Assembly: GCF_009914755.1 (NCBI RefSeq)
Contig: NC_060948.1
Direction: 5' to 3' (one strand)
From: the human T2T-CHM13v2.0 reference genome, Homo sapiens
DNA: 64,000 nt
Shown here piece by piece: positions 1-18,789 of this stretch; position 1 is the stretch's first letter, and every line of letters begins with the position of its first letter. The notes under the pieces are model-generated. The model ran no database searches, was not told where the DNA came from, and saw only the letters and a list, made by a program, of their open reading frames with translations. The translations under genes were made by a program, and so were the position numbers.

Positions 1-1219
1 TGAAAGCCTTCTGGCCAATTATAGACAAGCTCACGGGGCCGACACGTGGGTAAATTCACTTAGTCTCCCTATGTAGGTATTTCTGCTTTCTGTAATACAC
101 CATGTGGCATTGATACTATTGATCTCATGTTATTAGATATATTAAAACTCCAAAACTACTTTGGAAAATATAATCATTCTGCAAGTTTTCAGAAACTTAA
201 GAACTTGAAAACCAACAGCAACCCACACCCTTGAACATTTGGCAAAATTGAATTCTCAGTTATGAATAAGATTGTCTCTCGTTTTCCCCAGAAAAGCTCA
301 CAGAAACGTCTGCCCGTTTCTAGTAACAGCTGGTAAACCCGACCATAAAAGTCATTCCTAGAAGCAGCACTTAAAGGGACAGTATTGTCTTTGGGATAAA
401 ATTTCTTCTGGAAAAAAAAAAAGTGCTCTAGGAAATGTTTGAAATATCTCCAAAGAGTTGATTGATCCATATGCTGGGAGTTAATAATTTCTGTGATGTA
501 AAGTTATCGTGGCATATGAAGAAAAAGGAAAACGGAACCAGGAAAGCATTTTAAATTATTATAATTATATCTGTCCATCACAAATTAAGAGGAAATTGTA
601 AACCCTCCCGAAATAGAGGGGGAGCTGCTAAAATCAATTCCTCATTTTCTTCTGTTTCTCTCACATTCAAACTTCAATGAACAAAGTCTCGGGGCTTTGA
701 AAAGTCAAATTGAATACAATCCAATTAGGATGAATTTGGCCTTTCATTTGCGGTTCAGAGCTGTGTTTCTATGACCGGGTTTATGAACCCAGAGAGATCG
801 TACAAATTAACCTTAATTACACGGTGTTTGGGGTAACCATATAAACAGCAACCTCTTCAATGGGCTTCATGTTTGCAAATGTGCCAATGGTAAGAGGTGG
901 GCTCCACACGGGGGCAGAGGGTTGTGTCCAGAGTCTGATCTCTCCTTTGGCATCCTCAAGCAAAAGGTTTCTGGTCACAACTGCAGCTTTCTCAGGGGAG
1001 CCACCTGGTTTCTGAAGAGGGCTGGCCCAGTATGCTCTGGTGACCTTCGGGGGTTGGGGAGAGAGACTACCCTTCACATCTGTGTTATGTGCTTCTACAG
1101 CCTCCTGCCCTGGGGTCATTCTCCTCCCTGCCCTTCTCAAGATGCTCAAGAACCCATCCATGTGCCTTCTGCTCTAAGACCGTGATGAAGGGTTCTGTTT
1201 AATGCAGCAAACATATTGC

Positions 1220-2550
1220 CATCCGTTCATCCATTAATGCACTGATCAATCAATTCATTGATCCATCCATCCACTCATCTCTTTACCCACACATCCACTC
1301 ATCCATTTATTTATGTGTCCAGCCACCTATTCACCCATCCACCTACCCATCCATAGACTCATCCACCCATCCATCCACTTATCTATCTATCCATCCACCC
1401 ATCTGTCCATCCATCCATTCATCCACCCTTCCATCCATCTGTCCATCCATTAATCCATCCATCTATGTACCATTCCACTCATCCATCCATCCATTCATCC
1501 ATCCACCCTCCCATCTATCTGTCCATCCATTTATCTACCATTCCATCCATCCATTCATCCACCCACCCATCCATCCATTCCTCCACTCTCCCATCTATCT
1601 GTCCATCCATCCATCCACCCACCCATCCATTCATCTACTTACACATTTATCTATCCACCCATCCACTCATTCATCCATATTTCCACCCATCCATCTATCC
1701 ATTCATCCATCCACCCATTCATCCACACACACACCCATATATTCATTCACTCCCCCGTTTATTCATCCATTTATTCATCCATCCACTCACCCACCCATTC
1801 ACCCTCCCATCCATCCTTCAATCCCCTCATCCATCCATTCATTCAGCCAGACAGCCACCTACACATCTATCCATCCATCCATCCATTCATCAATCCATCT
1901 ATCCATCTATCCATCCATTCATCCATCCATTCATCCACCCTCCCATTCATTCATCCATCCATCTATCTAGCATTCCATCCATCCATCCATCCATCCATCC
2001 ATCCACCCATCCATCCATTCATCCACCTTCCCATCTATTCATCCATCCATCTATCTATCATTCCATCCATCCATCCATCCACCCTCCCATCTATCTATCC
2101 ATCCATTCATCCATCCACTTATCTACCATTTCATTTATGCATCCATCCATCCACCCATCTATTCATCCATCCAGCCACCTCCATCTATCCATCCATCCAT
2201 GCATCCATTCATCCATCCATTCATCTACCCTCTCATCCATCCATCCACCTACATGTTTATCCATCCATCCATCCACTCATTCATCCATCTTTCCACCCAT
2301 CCATCTATCCATTCATCCATCCACTCATTCATCCACCCACATGCCCACACATTCATTCACCCTCCCATTTATTCATCCATCATTAATCCATCCACCCACC
2401 AATTCACCCTCCCATCCATACATCCATCCCCTCATCCATCCATTCATCCAGCCAGCCAGCCACCTACCCATCTGTCCATCCATCCATCCATCCACCCATT
2501 CATTCATCCATCCATCAATCCATCCATCCATCCGTCCATCCTTCCTTCAC
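1220..2550. repeat. Degenerate (CCAT/TCCA)n tetranucleotide tract
   Basis: Continuous ccat/tcat/ctat/ccac units; source of the His/Pro/Ser/Ile ORFs at 1465..2649 and 2199..2564. Confidence 0.95.
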
Positions 2551-2989
2551 TCACTGAGAGATGAACGAAACATACCCCTCTGCCCAAGAAGAGCTCACTA
2601 TCCCCTGGGGAAGCTGATTATCATGGAGGTGTGTGGGCAAATTGAATGACGCCAACAAGGTCATTGGACACAGAGGAGCAGCCCCAGAAGCCGTGTGGGA
2701 GAGGGAGAATCATGAAGCCATAACCCAGTTTGAGCCACTTAAAGAGGACTTCTGCAACATAATCACGCAAAAACAGGTAACTTCCAGTGGGCGTCCCTTA
2801 CAGTATCCCCATCAGGGAGGTACTATTTGCAATTTTACAAGATTGATTTAAAATAAACCTAAGGAAACCGCACAAGCAACCAACAAACAGGTGTCTCCTT
2901 GCTTTCAATGCAGCTAAGGTGTCCTTGAGCCACAATGAGGATGCCCTGCCTTTATATTCAGCTGTAGGCAGCACGTGACGATGGAAGCC

Positions 2990-4030
2990 GTCCATCTGTC
3001 CATCCATTCATGCATCCATCTATCTACCATTCCATCCATGCATCCATCTATCTACCATTCCATCCATGCATCCATCCACGCATCCATCCATGCATCCATC
3101 CATCCATGCATCCATCCATCATCTATCTACCATTCCATCCATGCATTCATCCATGTATCCATCCATGCATCCATGCATCCATCCATCCATTCATGCATCC
3201 ATCTACCATTCCATCCATGCATTCATCCATGCATTCATCCATGTATCCATGCATCCATGCATCCATCCATCCATCCATCCATCCATCCATCCATCTATCT
3301 ACCATTCCATCCATGCATCCATCCATCCATGAATCCACACATCCATCCATCCATCTATCTACCATTCCATCCATCCATGGATCCATCCATGCATCCATCC
3401 ATCCATTCATCCATCCATCTACCTACCATTCCGTCCATGTATCCATCCATGCATTCATACATGAATCCATGCATCCATCCATGCATCCATCCATCCATTC
3501 ATCCATCCATCTAACATTCCATCAATCTATCTACCATTCCATCCATGCATCCATCCATGCATCCATCCATTCATTCATCCCTCCATCTACCATTCCATCC
3601 ATCTATCTACCATTCCATCCATGCATCCATCCATGCATCCATCCATTCATTCATCCCTCCATCTACCATTCCATCCATCTATCTACCATTCCATCCATGC
3701 ATCCATCCATGCATTCTTCCATGCATCCATCCATCCATTCATCCATCCATCTACCTACCATTCCATCCATGCCTCCATCCATGCATTCGTCCATGAATCC
3801 ATGCATCCATCCATGCATCCATTCATCCATTCATCCATCCACCTAGCATTCCATCCATCTATCTACCATTCCATTCTTGCATCCACCAATGCATCTATCC
3901 ATCCGTTCATCTGTCCATCCATCTACCATTCCATCCATCTATCTACCATTCCATCCATGCATCCATCCATGCATCCATCCATGAGTCCATGCATCCATCC
4001 ATCCATCCATGCATCCATCCATCCATCCAT
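2990..4030. repeat. Degenerate (CCAT)n tract with CCATGCAT and CTACCATT variants
   Basis: Direct reading; recurrent ctaccattccatccatgcatccat motif. Confidence 0.95.
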
Positions 4031-5460
4031 CTTGTCTTTATCCCACCAAGACTCTACAGAGACACCCGTCTGCAGAGTGGGTAAAGAGAAACTAACTTCT
4101 CCCTGGGGCTTTCCCAAGAGGTATGGCCGGAGTGCAGACACGTCAGTTATGCAGTCAATGCTGAGTGAGTTGACTCAGTCAACGCTGAGTGAGGGGCCAT
4201 GTAGTCCACACCACGCAGTCAGCCCTGAGTGGGGAGTAAGAGGGAGAGCACCTTGAGGACAAAACATTAAGCATTGTGCACATCTTCACATCTCTCTGAA
4301 ATATGGCTTCACCCAGGATGACCTGACACCAGGACATTCTGCTCTCAGGTGCCATGTTGGTGTCATAGAAAGGGAATCAGTTAAAATCATGAACATTCCA
4401 GGCGTCCGCTTTTATTCTAAGAATATAGCACTCCATTTGAAAAGAAACAAGGTCCTCCACCTTTCTGTTCTGGGAGCCTTTAACTCTGGAGATCTTCCTT
4501 TGCACATATACTAGTGGGCTTGCTTCTGTCCCTTTCTGGGTATCTCCACACAGTCGCCCTTGGAGAGACCAAACGCCTGGCAGCTGGTGTAGTTTCCTGT
4601 TGGGTCACAGAGTCTTCCTCCCCAATAGAGCCGCCGTCACCCCTCTCCTGACAGCTCAGGGCTGCTGACCAGCTCACACGGGTCTCTCCTGAATTCATTG
4701 CCCTCCCTTCCAAGCCGTGCTGTATTTTAATGTACTTTTTCAAGGAGTTTATGATCTCTGCTGCTTTCATAGCATCTGTCAAGAGTATCAAACTGTGGTC
4801 CCCTCTTTGAGTTAATAAAGCTACAGTACAATAGTGCATGGGTATCAGAGGTCTGTAGACCTTTCTCACGACTTACCAACCTGACATGAAATCATTAATG
4901 ATTACTCCACCGTCCTTGAGTTTTTAGACGGTTGCTGTATAATGATCCTTCCCTTCCTACCTTTTTCTGGTTTCTTGATGAGATGGTTATCTGGGGCTCT
5001 GTCAGGTCCTAATGGAATTCAACCGGACTGGATTCACGTTTTCCTTCCCGGCGCTGGCTCCGTTGATTTTCTCGTCATGAAATAAAATAATTGCTTTGAC
5101 AGGATTCAGGTGAGAATTCCAAACATATGGCTTATTATTTAATAATGGTTTCACCGAAGGCTCTATTAAGTAACCCAAATGTAGTCAGGTTTAGATGAGC
5201 CTTTAAATCTTCGATTTTGAAACTAAATGGTACTAATTATTCGAGTGACAAAATAAGCCAGACCTGTCAGCTTCGAAGTTTAAAAATAATACTCAGGCAG
5301 ACCCAATTGGTGAGCGGGTCTAATGGATATTGATTGATTATGTCCTGTTTCCATCCACTTCCCATTGTGTCTTAGAGGCATTTTACCTCTGGGTGTGGGT
5401 GATGGAAGAGAGGCTTTTTCTACTGAAGGCTGCTTGGTAGTGTAGACAAAAGAGAGTTTA

Positions 5461-5632
5461 GGGCCAGGTGGGGTGGCTCACGCCTGTAATCCCAGTACTT
5501 TGGGAGGCTGAGGCAGGTGGATCACAAGGTCAGCAGTTTGAGACCAGCCTGGCCAACATGGTGAAACCCCATCTTTACTAAAAATACAAAAATTAGCCAG
5601 GTGTGGTGGCGGGCACCTGTAGCCCCAGCTAC
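5461..5632 (+). mobile_element. Alu, 3'-truncated (left arm plus start of right arm)
   Basis: ggccaggtggggtggctcacgcctgtaatccc...ctaaaaatacaaaaattagcc...agctact. Confidence 0.9.
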
Positions 5633-5664
5633 TAGGTATTTTGTATTTGTATTTGTATTTTTAG

Positions 5665-6273
5665 CCATGATTGTTTGCTGTACCCATCAACCCATCATCT
5701 AGGTTTTAAGCCCCACATGCATTAGGTATTTGTCCTAATGCTCTCCCTCTGCCTGCCCCCCAATCCCCCAACAGGCCCCAGCGTGTAATATTTCCCTCCC
5801 TATGTCCATGTGTTCTCATTGCTCAACTCCCACTTATGAGTGAGAACATGCGGTGTTTGGTTTTCTGTTCTTGTGATAGTTTACTGAGAATGATGGTTTC
5901 CAGCTTCATCCATGTCCCTGCAAAGGACACGAACTCGTCCTTTTCTATGGCTGCATAGTATTCCATGGTGTCTATGTGCCACATTTTCTTTCTCCAGTCT
6001 TTCACTGATGGGCATTTGGGTTGGTTCCAAGTCTTTGCTATTGCAAACAGTGTTATGATGTACATATGTGTGCATGTGTCTTTATAGTAGAATGACTTAT
6101 AATCCTTTGGGTATGTACCCGGTAATGAGATTGCTGGACCAAATGTTATTTCTGGTTCTAGATCCTTGAGGAATTGCCACACTGTCTTCCACAATGGTTG
6201 AACTAATTTACACTCCCACCAACAGTGTAAAAGCCTTCCTATTTCTCCACATCCTCTCCACCATCTGTTGTTG
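5665..6273 (-). mobile_element. L1PA LINE-1 3' fragment (ORF2 C-terminus and 3'UTR), 5'-truncated
   Basis: ORF 5823..6284 gives CWWECKLVQPLWKTVW...MEYYAAI...WMKLETIILSKLSQEQKTKHRMFSLISGS, the L1 ORF2p C-terminus. Confidence 0.95.
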
Positions 6274-6954
6274 CCAGTCAGCAAGTTTTTGATTCAGGTC
6301 CTCTTTCGTAAAGTTGCCAGCAGAAAAACTTGGACTTACCCCTGGTGCCCTTTGATCTCTGCAGATTCCTCTGTTATTTGGAGGACAAACAATGCCAAGG
6401 TCAGAAAACTCCCACACCTCTGTGACAGCAGGGACATTAGTGTTTAGAAAAAGATTGTCTGTTTATGGGGAAAGTGCAGTGGAAAGAAACCTCATGCATG
6501 TAGGGGTGTCTCTGTGTAGGAATAAAAGCAGCTCGGTCTAAATAGAGCATGACTTCTGCATCCTGGAAAACAGCCTCAGCTCTCTGTTTTCTTCAAAGGC
6601 GACCGTCGTCTTTGTAATCCCAGCCACACCACCTGAGTTTCCTTCCTGGCTGAGCATTCCTTCCTGTCATCGAGAACCCTGAAATAACCCCAGTCTTTCC
6701 TTGAGTCCTGGTCTCTTGTTATTAATCAGAGAAGCTTTGCAACGCACCTGCTTGGTGGCGAAGACACGCGGAGTGGCCATGGGAAGACGCCTGAGGAATT
6801 CCAAGGAATAGACATTCTGGTAGATGCTACATTCGTGCCCTGCTCCGGTGTTAATATTTTGGGATGGATCTTATAATGAGGAGTGATTCCAGTAACGCAG
6901 AGGTGTGTTTATAGCAGCTGCATACGACGACCCTCTCTCTCTTTAGCGAGCGGA

Positions 6955-7455
6955 GCTGTTACTTCCCATTCCCAGCCATTTGAGTTCCATAACCAGAGAC
7001 TTTCCAGTATTTTACCTGCCATGCACTTCCAGGGAATGGGCTGTGTTTATGTGCATAGGATATCCGCGAGCTTTCAGAAGAACCCTAATGGACAAATGGC
7101 CAACTAAATCCTCTTCCACCTTGCTTATTTTTGTGCCTGAAATGGGTGAGGCAGGTCTTTCTTCTGTATCTAGTTTTTGACACAAATCCTTCTGAATGCA
7201 ACGCTGTTACTTCCCATTCCCAGCCATTTGAGTTCCACAACCAGAGACTTTCCAGTATTTTACCTGCCACGCACTTCCAGGGAATGAGCTGTGTTTATGT
7301 GCGTAGGATGTCCGCGAGCTTTTGGAAGAATCCTGATGGACAAAGGGCCAACTAAATCCTCTTCCACTTTGCTTATTTTTGTGCCTGAAATGGGTGAGGC
7401 AGGTTTTCCTTCTGTATCCAGTTTTTGACACAAATCCTTCTGAATGCAACGCTGT
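6955..7455. repeat. Tandem duplication, 2 x 248 bp
   Basis: gctgttacttcccattcccagccatttgagttcca starts at 6955 and 7203; both copies end ttctgaatgcaac. Confidence 0.95.
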
Positions 7456-8770
7456 CTTTGCACAGAATCCCCCACCCTTCCCTCTTTTTTTCCCCCCAGT
7501 TTGAGTTCTAACGATAAATAAACAGCGCCGTTTACAAACATGCCTTTTTAATTGAGGGAAAATCTGTGGTCATCAGGCTTCAGTGCTCAGTCAGGCAATT
7601 GCCTCCTTCCTCTATAAACTCAGCTGAAAATCAATTTTATTCAGACATGTGCATGGTCCTTCCCCCCCTCCCTCACTCAGTGCCTCAAAAATACATACAG
7701 CGAAAATGAAGCCATATGAAAATGAACTGTTCTATACGAAATATCTTCCCCCTGCTTCTGGGATGTCTCTCGGTTGTGTGCAGCGCGGCCCAGCCTGCCG
7801 GCCGCATAATAAGTGAGCTATGCAGGCTCATGAATTCTCGCCTGATTTTCCTCTGCTACAAATGCACCTAGATGACAGATCAACAATTTGAATTAAACCT
7901 TTCCTTATAGTCCTACCGATTTTTTTTTAATCTCACCACGGGCCAATAAAACCATTGTGGAACATTTGTTCCTGTCCAAAAAAAAAAAAAAAAAAAAAAA
8001 AGCACTTTGATTCAAAATAAAATGCAGGCACGGTTTACCAGAACATTTTTATCTCGCTTTGAAGAGCCACCGAAGAAAAAAGATCCCACAGCTATACCTG
8101 TTTGTTAGATGGTCTAGCAAAAAAGAAGCAATTTGCCCATGCAAACTTTTATGTTTCTGAGATGCTTTTTCTGCCTGCGGTTTGAGTATTTTCACTGAAT
8201 ATGAGGGCAAAATAATTGCATTTCAGCCGTGATGAACTTTAACACACACTCTAAATATTAGAATTCCTTAGGATGTTTAGGGGAGTTTATTTTTAGTTTC
8301 CGTCCTTAAACAAAGCCCCACGCTCTGTTCTGCCACAATGTGGACTTGATTAGTTAAAAATAGCCTGGAAACATTTCTAATGAAATTAAAATAGCGACGG
8401 TCACCTCCTCTTCATGTACCCTTCAGTATTGTCTAACATGTACCTTTGTAGATTTCGTTCCCAAATAAATTAGAAGAGTCATCATCAATAAAAAAAATGT
8501 GTGGAAGATGCAAATCCCGAGATGAAAATCATTTAGCATTTTTCTAAGTTTAGAACCCAGGGAGAGAGAATAGCAGTATCTGGTTGCTTCAGAAGCTTTT
8601 CTCTTGCAGGGAATGGGGGGGACAGGGGATTTGGAAAAACGACACCCCAGACTCTATTTCCAGTCTATGCCCCAGTGGGTACAGTTGCTGGGGTATTTTC
8701 TCTTCCTGGTGTCATTGCAGGGGACGCTGGAGAGATCTTGCAAGCTGACCTCCACAAGGAAGAGCATAGG

Positions 8771-8828
8771 TTTTAAAGACGGAACAAAACAAGTAGGATT
8801 TAAAGATGGAACAAAACAAGTAGGATTT
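8771..8828. repeat. Short tandem duplication (~27 bp x2)
   Basis: tttaaagacggaacaaaacaagtagga / tttaaagatggaacaaaacaagtagga. Confidence 0.85.
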
Positions 8829-9189
8829 CTAAGGCAGTTACCCCTTTGCCTTAATTTCACCAGGCAGGGAACACTGGATACAATTAAAACATTGTCTCAA
8901 GATAAATGCACAGCTGGCTTTTTTCATCCACATGTGCACCTGCCAGGGGCTTGAGCTTGCAAATGCTGCAAATGCCGGGTTGTATTTATGCAACTGCCGC
9001 CTCCTCCCAAGCCTTTCCGAAGCCGACCTGTCCTGTGTTCAGCCCCAGCGTCTATGCTATTAGACAGATGAGGGATATTTTTCCATCATAAGCCCCCAGA
9101 CGGCACCGGATACTGTCTCCTGAACTCTCCCAACTTGGGGATCCTGGAGGAATGTTTTTAATGGATGCGGCTTGCCTGTGCATGGCTAA

Positions 9190-10760
<1,571 letters not shown>

Positions 10761-10782
10761 TAACATGCATAAAAACACGCTA

Positions 10783-11067
<285 letters not shown>

Positions 11068-11234
11068 CTATTTCCATTTCTCGACATCTGTGGCCGTGGA
11101 GTGACTGAGTACAGGCAGATGATACTCAAGAAATGTGCCTGTTGTTTATAGCAGAAGTGACTGCCATTTGCTAAAGTTTCCGTGTCCACCCAATGTGAGT
11201 ATCCTTGCAGAAGCCGCATACACTACGGAGGTCA

Positions 11235-12096
<862 letters not shown>

Positions 12097-12168
12097 GGGT
12101 TTTTTTTTTGATGTTAGAAGTTCTGACCCACTCTCATTCCTTTGATTGATTAAAAGAGACAGAGATTT

Positions 12169-12487
<319 letters not shown>

Positions 12488-12685
12488 TCAAACACCTCTT
12501 TTGCATAAGCAGTTTGATGTTAATGGTTCTTTAAAAGCAATGTTTAAAAATCACATAATTGCCAAATTTACTGTTTTAGCTTTTCTTTTTAATATGCCAT
12601 TTTTTTTTTTTGAAGTAAGAAGTTCTGACCCACTCTTTTTCCTTTGGTTGATTAAAAGAGAGATTTTGTTTTCTTTTCTTTTGTT

Positions 12686-13011
12686 CTTTATTATTATACT
12701 TTAAGTTCTGGGGTACGTGTGCAGAACGTGCAGGTTTGTTACATAGGTATACACGTGCCATGGTGGTTTGCTGCACCCATCCACCCGTCATCTACATTAG
12801 GTATTTGTCCTAATGCTCTCCCTCCCCTTGGCCCCCCAGCCCCAAACAGGCCCTGGTGTGTGACGTTCCCCTCCCTGTGTCCCTCTGTTCTCATCGTTCA
12901 ACTCCCACTTATGAGTGAGAACATGCGGCGTTTGGTTTTCTGTTCCTGTGTGAGTTTGCTGAGAATGATGGTTTCCAGCTTCATCCATGTCCCTGCAAAG
13001 GACATGAACTC
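12686..13011 (-). mobile_element. L1PA 3' end fragment
   Basis: ttattatactttaagttctgggg...gtttccagcttcatccatgtccctgcaaaggacatgaactca; L1 3'UTR and ORF2 end. Confidence 0.93.
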
Positions 13012-13369
13012 ATCATCAAAGAGAGATTTTTAAGGCTGTGAAGACCTTCCCCTATTACATCAGGGCACATTGCATTAACAAGATACAACCCAGGCTCACA
13101 GACACCACAGAACGTCTCCTGAATTTCTATTTGTTTCTTCTTTTGTTTTTGTTTTTTGTTAAACTGGTCATGAAGCTCTTTCGGGGCACCCTGAAACCTC
13201 ATTCATCGGACAGGACATTAGAGCTGCAGCAGAGACTAATAAGGTTTTGCTTTCATTTTGGCAAGAAAAGGTCTGTGTCTGTCTGTCTGGTCATGGAGTC
13301 GCGGCTTCAAAGAGCCTCTGCCGTGCACTGGTCTTTGAAGTCACCATTTAGTGGATTCGTTTGCAAAAC

Positions 13370-14240
<871 letters not shown>

Positions 14241-14267
14241 ATATCTTGTTTCTTAAAAGGCATCTTT

Positions 14268-14588
<321 letters not shown>

Positions 14589-15666
14589 CTATGTGCACTG
14601 TTTGCAAGAAAGTCTGAAAGATAGTACGGCTTCTAAGCACTGCAAAGCATTTTGGCTGCCAGAAAGATGCTGTCAGCCCTGAGGGTTGCCACTGCTGAGG
14701 GTACAGGTCTCCCAGGCGTTGCTGATGTGAGCTGTGCCAGAGACCTCCCTGAGCTCACCTGCCTGGTGGGGCTGGTTTCTTCCTGTGCTCTCTCTCTCTG
14801 TCTCTGTGTGTGGGTCCTACCAGGCCCGGTGAGCCCTGGAATCTGCCCAGAGGTGGCAGGTAGGTGCATGACGCTCCTTGGGAGAATACACAGCCGCCAC
14901 TCAAAGCCCCTCCTTTATTCAGTCTAAGTAATAGGTCCAGTGGGCCTATAACCTGGTTTTATGGGGCTGTGGAGTCATACTGTAAATCTCACACGCCGTC
15001 CTGGCTGGCAGTCTCTCCCCAGCCTTCATTTCCCTCCCCTCCCCTGCGTCCCGAGCAAACTTTTTCCACCGTTATCCTTGCAATGTTTCTGACCCGTTGG
15101 CAAACTCGAGGGCGGCAGCGCGGGGCCCCCGTGTGAACAGCTCGAGGTGGTTTCTTGCCAAGAGAAATGCTGGGAATGCTGGGGACTGAAGTGTAAGTGG
15201 GTGATAAAAAAAAAAAAAAGATGTTCAGCTTTGCACCTGCACGGGATCCTGGGCCTGCCCACCTGGGCATCGGGGGAGAAGGAGGAGGAGGCGAGTTTTT
15301 AAGACCTCACGGGTGTTTCTCCCGGGTACGCCCAAAAGGTATTGGGAAAGGAGGTGTTCAAATGAGAACGTGTGCGTGGGTTTTCACAACGACTGAAACG
15401 TGGAAATGGTGCAAGGCTGAGCATGAAGATATCTGTCTGGTTTCTTTGGACGTTCAGCTTACAGACAAAAGTGGCATCACTATGTATATACACATATATA
15501 TTTTATATATAGTTATATAAATTTGTATATTATATAATTTACAGAATTTTATATATTAGATATGTATTATATATTATATATATTATTTCGCACCAACAAT
15601 GCTGCATGTCTGAATTTAAAACAAAAACACCTTTAAACATTTTTCTATAGTTTCAGTTTAATTAAT

Positions 15667-16316
<650 letters not shown>

Positions 16317-17937
16317 TCAGTATACTTTCTCCCCAAGTGTGAACCATCCATTTCCAGAATGTGTCCAGCGACTTGGGACTATATGGCCTTTGAACGTCTG
16401 AACACCCTCAGTTCTCCTTCATATTCTCCAGCTCCCCTGCATGGAGATGTGGGCCTTTTAGGGTTCTTTCCACCCCTTTAGGACCTCTCTGCTAGCCTTC
16501 CATTGGCAAGGACAATTGCCAAAAGGAGGTATCCAGCTCTAACCCTGCAGAACAGACAGAGAGCCCAGTAGCCTGGCAGCCAGAGAGGCTTTCTCTAAAA
16601 CAGGCATCCCTGGCAGCCTCATTGAAATGGGAAGATTCATTATCCCATTTCCATTTAATTGTTATTTTGCCGGCAGAAAAGCCTGGAGTTTCTCTGAAAG
16701 GCAGTGATGGTGTTGTCCTTTTAGATTCCCTGGGGAATGATCTTTAAAAAATTGCGTGCCCAGCTTCCCAAGTGCCCAGCATTTGCCTTGACATTAACTT
16801 ACTCTATGAAGTACGGATGTTGCAGAGGGGAGGGCATCCAAGCCCCTGGCTTCCCGGAGAAATTGGTAAGGGTTGTCTGCAGCTTCCCAGCCTTAAAAAT
16901 ACTTGACAAGTTGACATCCTCACTGCTAAGTGGGGCTGATGGAGCCTCGTCAACCCCAGGACCCGCTGATCAGCCGTGGCAGGAATCATACCCACAGCCT
17001 TATGCGAAGTGATGAGTTGGATTTGCTTCCAGCAGGGTGAAAGCAATTGGATTTCACTTGTTCTCAATGTACAGCAAGAGAAAAGTGGGGGACTGACTCA
17101 GAGAACCCGTGTTCCCTCCATATGCAGCTCAGTCATCTCTGAAATACACTGCAAATTGTTTAAACCTTAAAAACAGAGCGGCGTGAATGTGCCTCCTGAT
17201 GGCACCGGGTTTTGATAAGATGATAGGCTGTGGCGATGGATTTCAGATGTGAGTTTCTGTGCTTGCCAAAATGCTGGGCGAAAGATGAAGGTAATTGCTA
17301 GCATTGTTGGCCTTGCCAATAATCCGTCTCTCTCTCTCTCTCTCTATCCTCTCTCCTCTCTCCTCTCTCCTCTCTCTGTCTCTCGTTTTTTCTTTTTTAT
17401 TTTGCTTCAAGAATCTGGTTGCCTTAATGAGAAACTTTGCCCCTGCTAAGCTGACCTTTCACGTCTGGAACAAAACACAGCAGCTCCGCCTCAGCCACAG
17501 TGATGGGGAGCCTTGTGGACCTGAAACCTCTCGGTGGCCAAACCAGAAATGATTTTTGACAGGACCAGGCTGAATTCCCTGAGTACATTCACGGCCACCC
17601 GCCCCTCTCCTCTCCCCCTCCTTTTTTTTTTTTTTTTTTTATTTTAATGGTCCAAAATTGGCTGTTTAATATCTGAGCATGCCAGAGTCTTGGAGGATGC
17701 CAGAAATGGAAAGTTTGTGCCTGGGGTCATAGGAAGCTCCCTACCAGGTGAGGCAGCGTGATACCAGTCCCCAATGAGCAAGGAGGCAGCAGCCCTGTCC
17801 AGTGTATGAGCGTGACCTTGGGGATCTGTGTAGATAGAAATTTCCGGAAGGATTTAAGCAGGTTAGGCTCCCGCCCCGTCACCCTGTTTCACCATAGACA
17901 GTCCATAAATAAAAAAGAGATTAAAAATGTGTTTTTC

Positions 17938-18230
<293 letters not shown>

Positions 18231-18789
18231 TGGGGGAAGGAAGGAAGGAAGGGAGGGAGGAAGGATGGAAGGAGGGAAGGAAGGAAGGAATTACAGGAAG
18301 GATTTAAGCAGGTTAGGTTCCCACCCTCTGACCCTGTTTCCCCATAGACACTCCATAAATAAAAGAGAGATCAAACCTGTGTCTTTCGCAATGCAGGCTG
18401 TTGACAAAAATGAGGAATGGGATTTGGAGCTCCATGTCAGCTGCAATGGCCACACGGGAAAGCCTAGGAGGCTGCTCTGGAAACAGAGGGGCTGTTCTAG
18501 GTGACGCCAAACTAGCACAGATGAGGCACAGAAGAGACGCCTGCGACAGATATGGAAGACACCTTCAGAAAGGGCAAAATTCAGCCACCTAAGCACAATA
18601 GAGGCCAAACAGATGGCTGTCATGGAATCAGGCAGTGTCCCATAGCCCAATACACGCCGACATTGTAACATAACCTTTACCTGAGAAAATGCCCAGGTTC
18701 ACCGCCTGGGGAAGCAAGCTACACTCTACAAAGAAATATCCAGTGAGCACAACAGGACACATCTAACCTACACTGTAAAATAGAAATAA

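Noticed and set aside
1465-4256. Long His/Pro/Ser/Ile-rich ORFs (up to 394 aa)
   Set aside because: Translations of (CCAT)n simple repeats that lack stop codons
5823-6284. 153-aa L1 ORF2-like ORF as an active gene
   Set aside because: Only the C-terminal end of a 5'-truncated L1, with no endonuclease or RT domain
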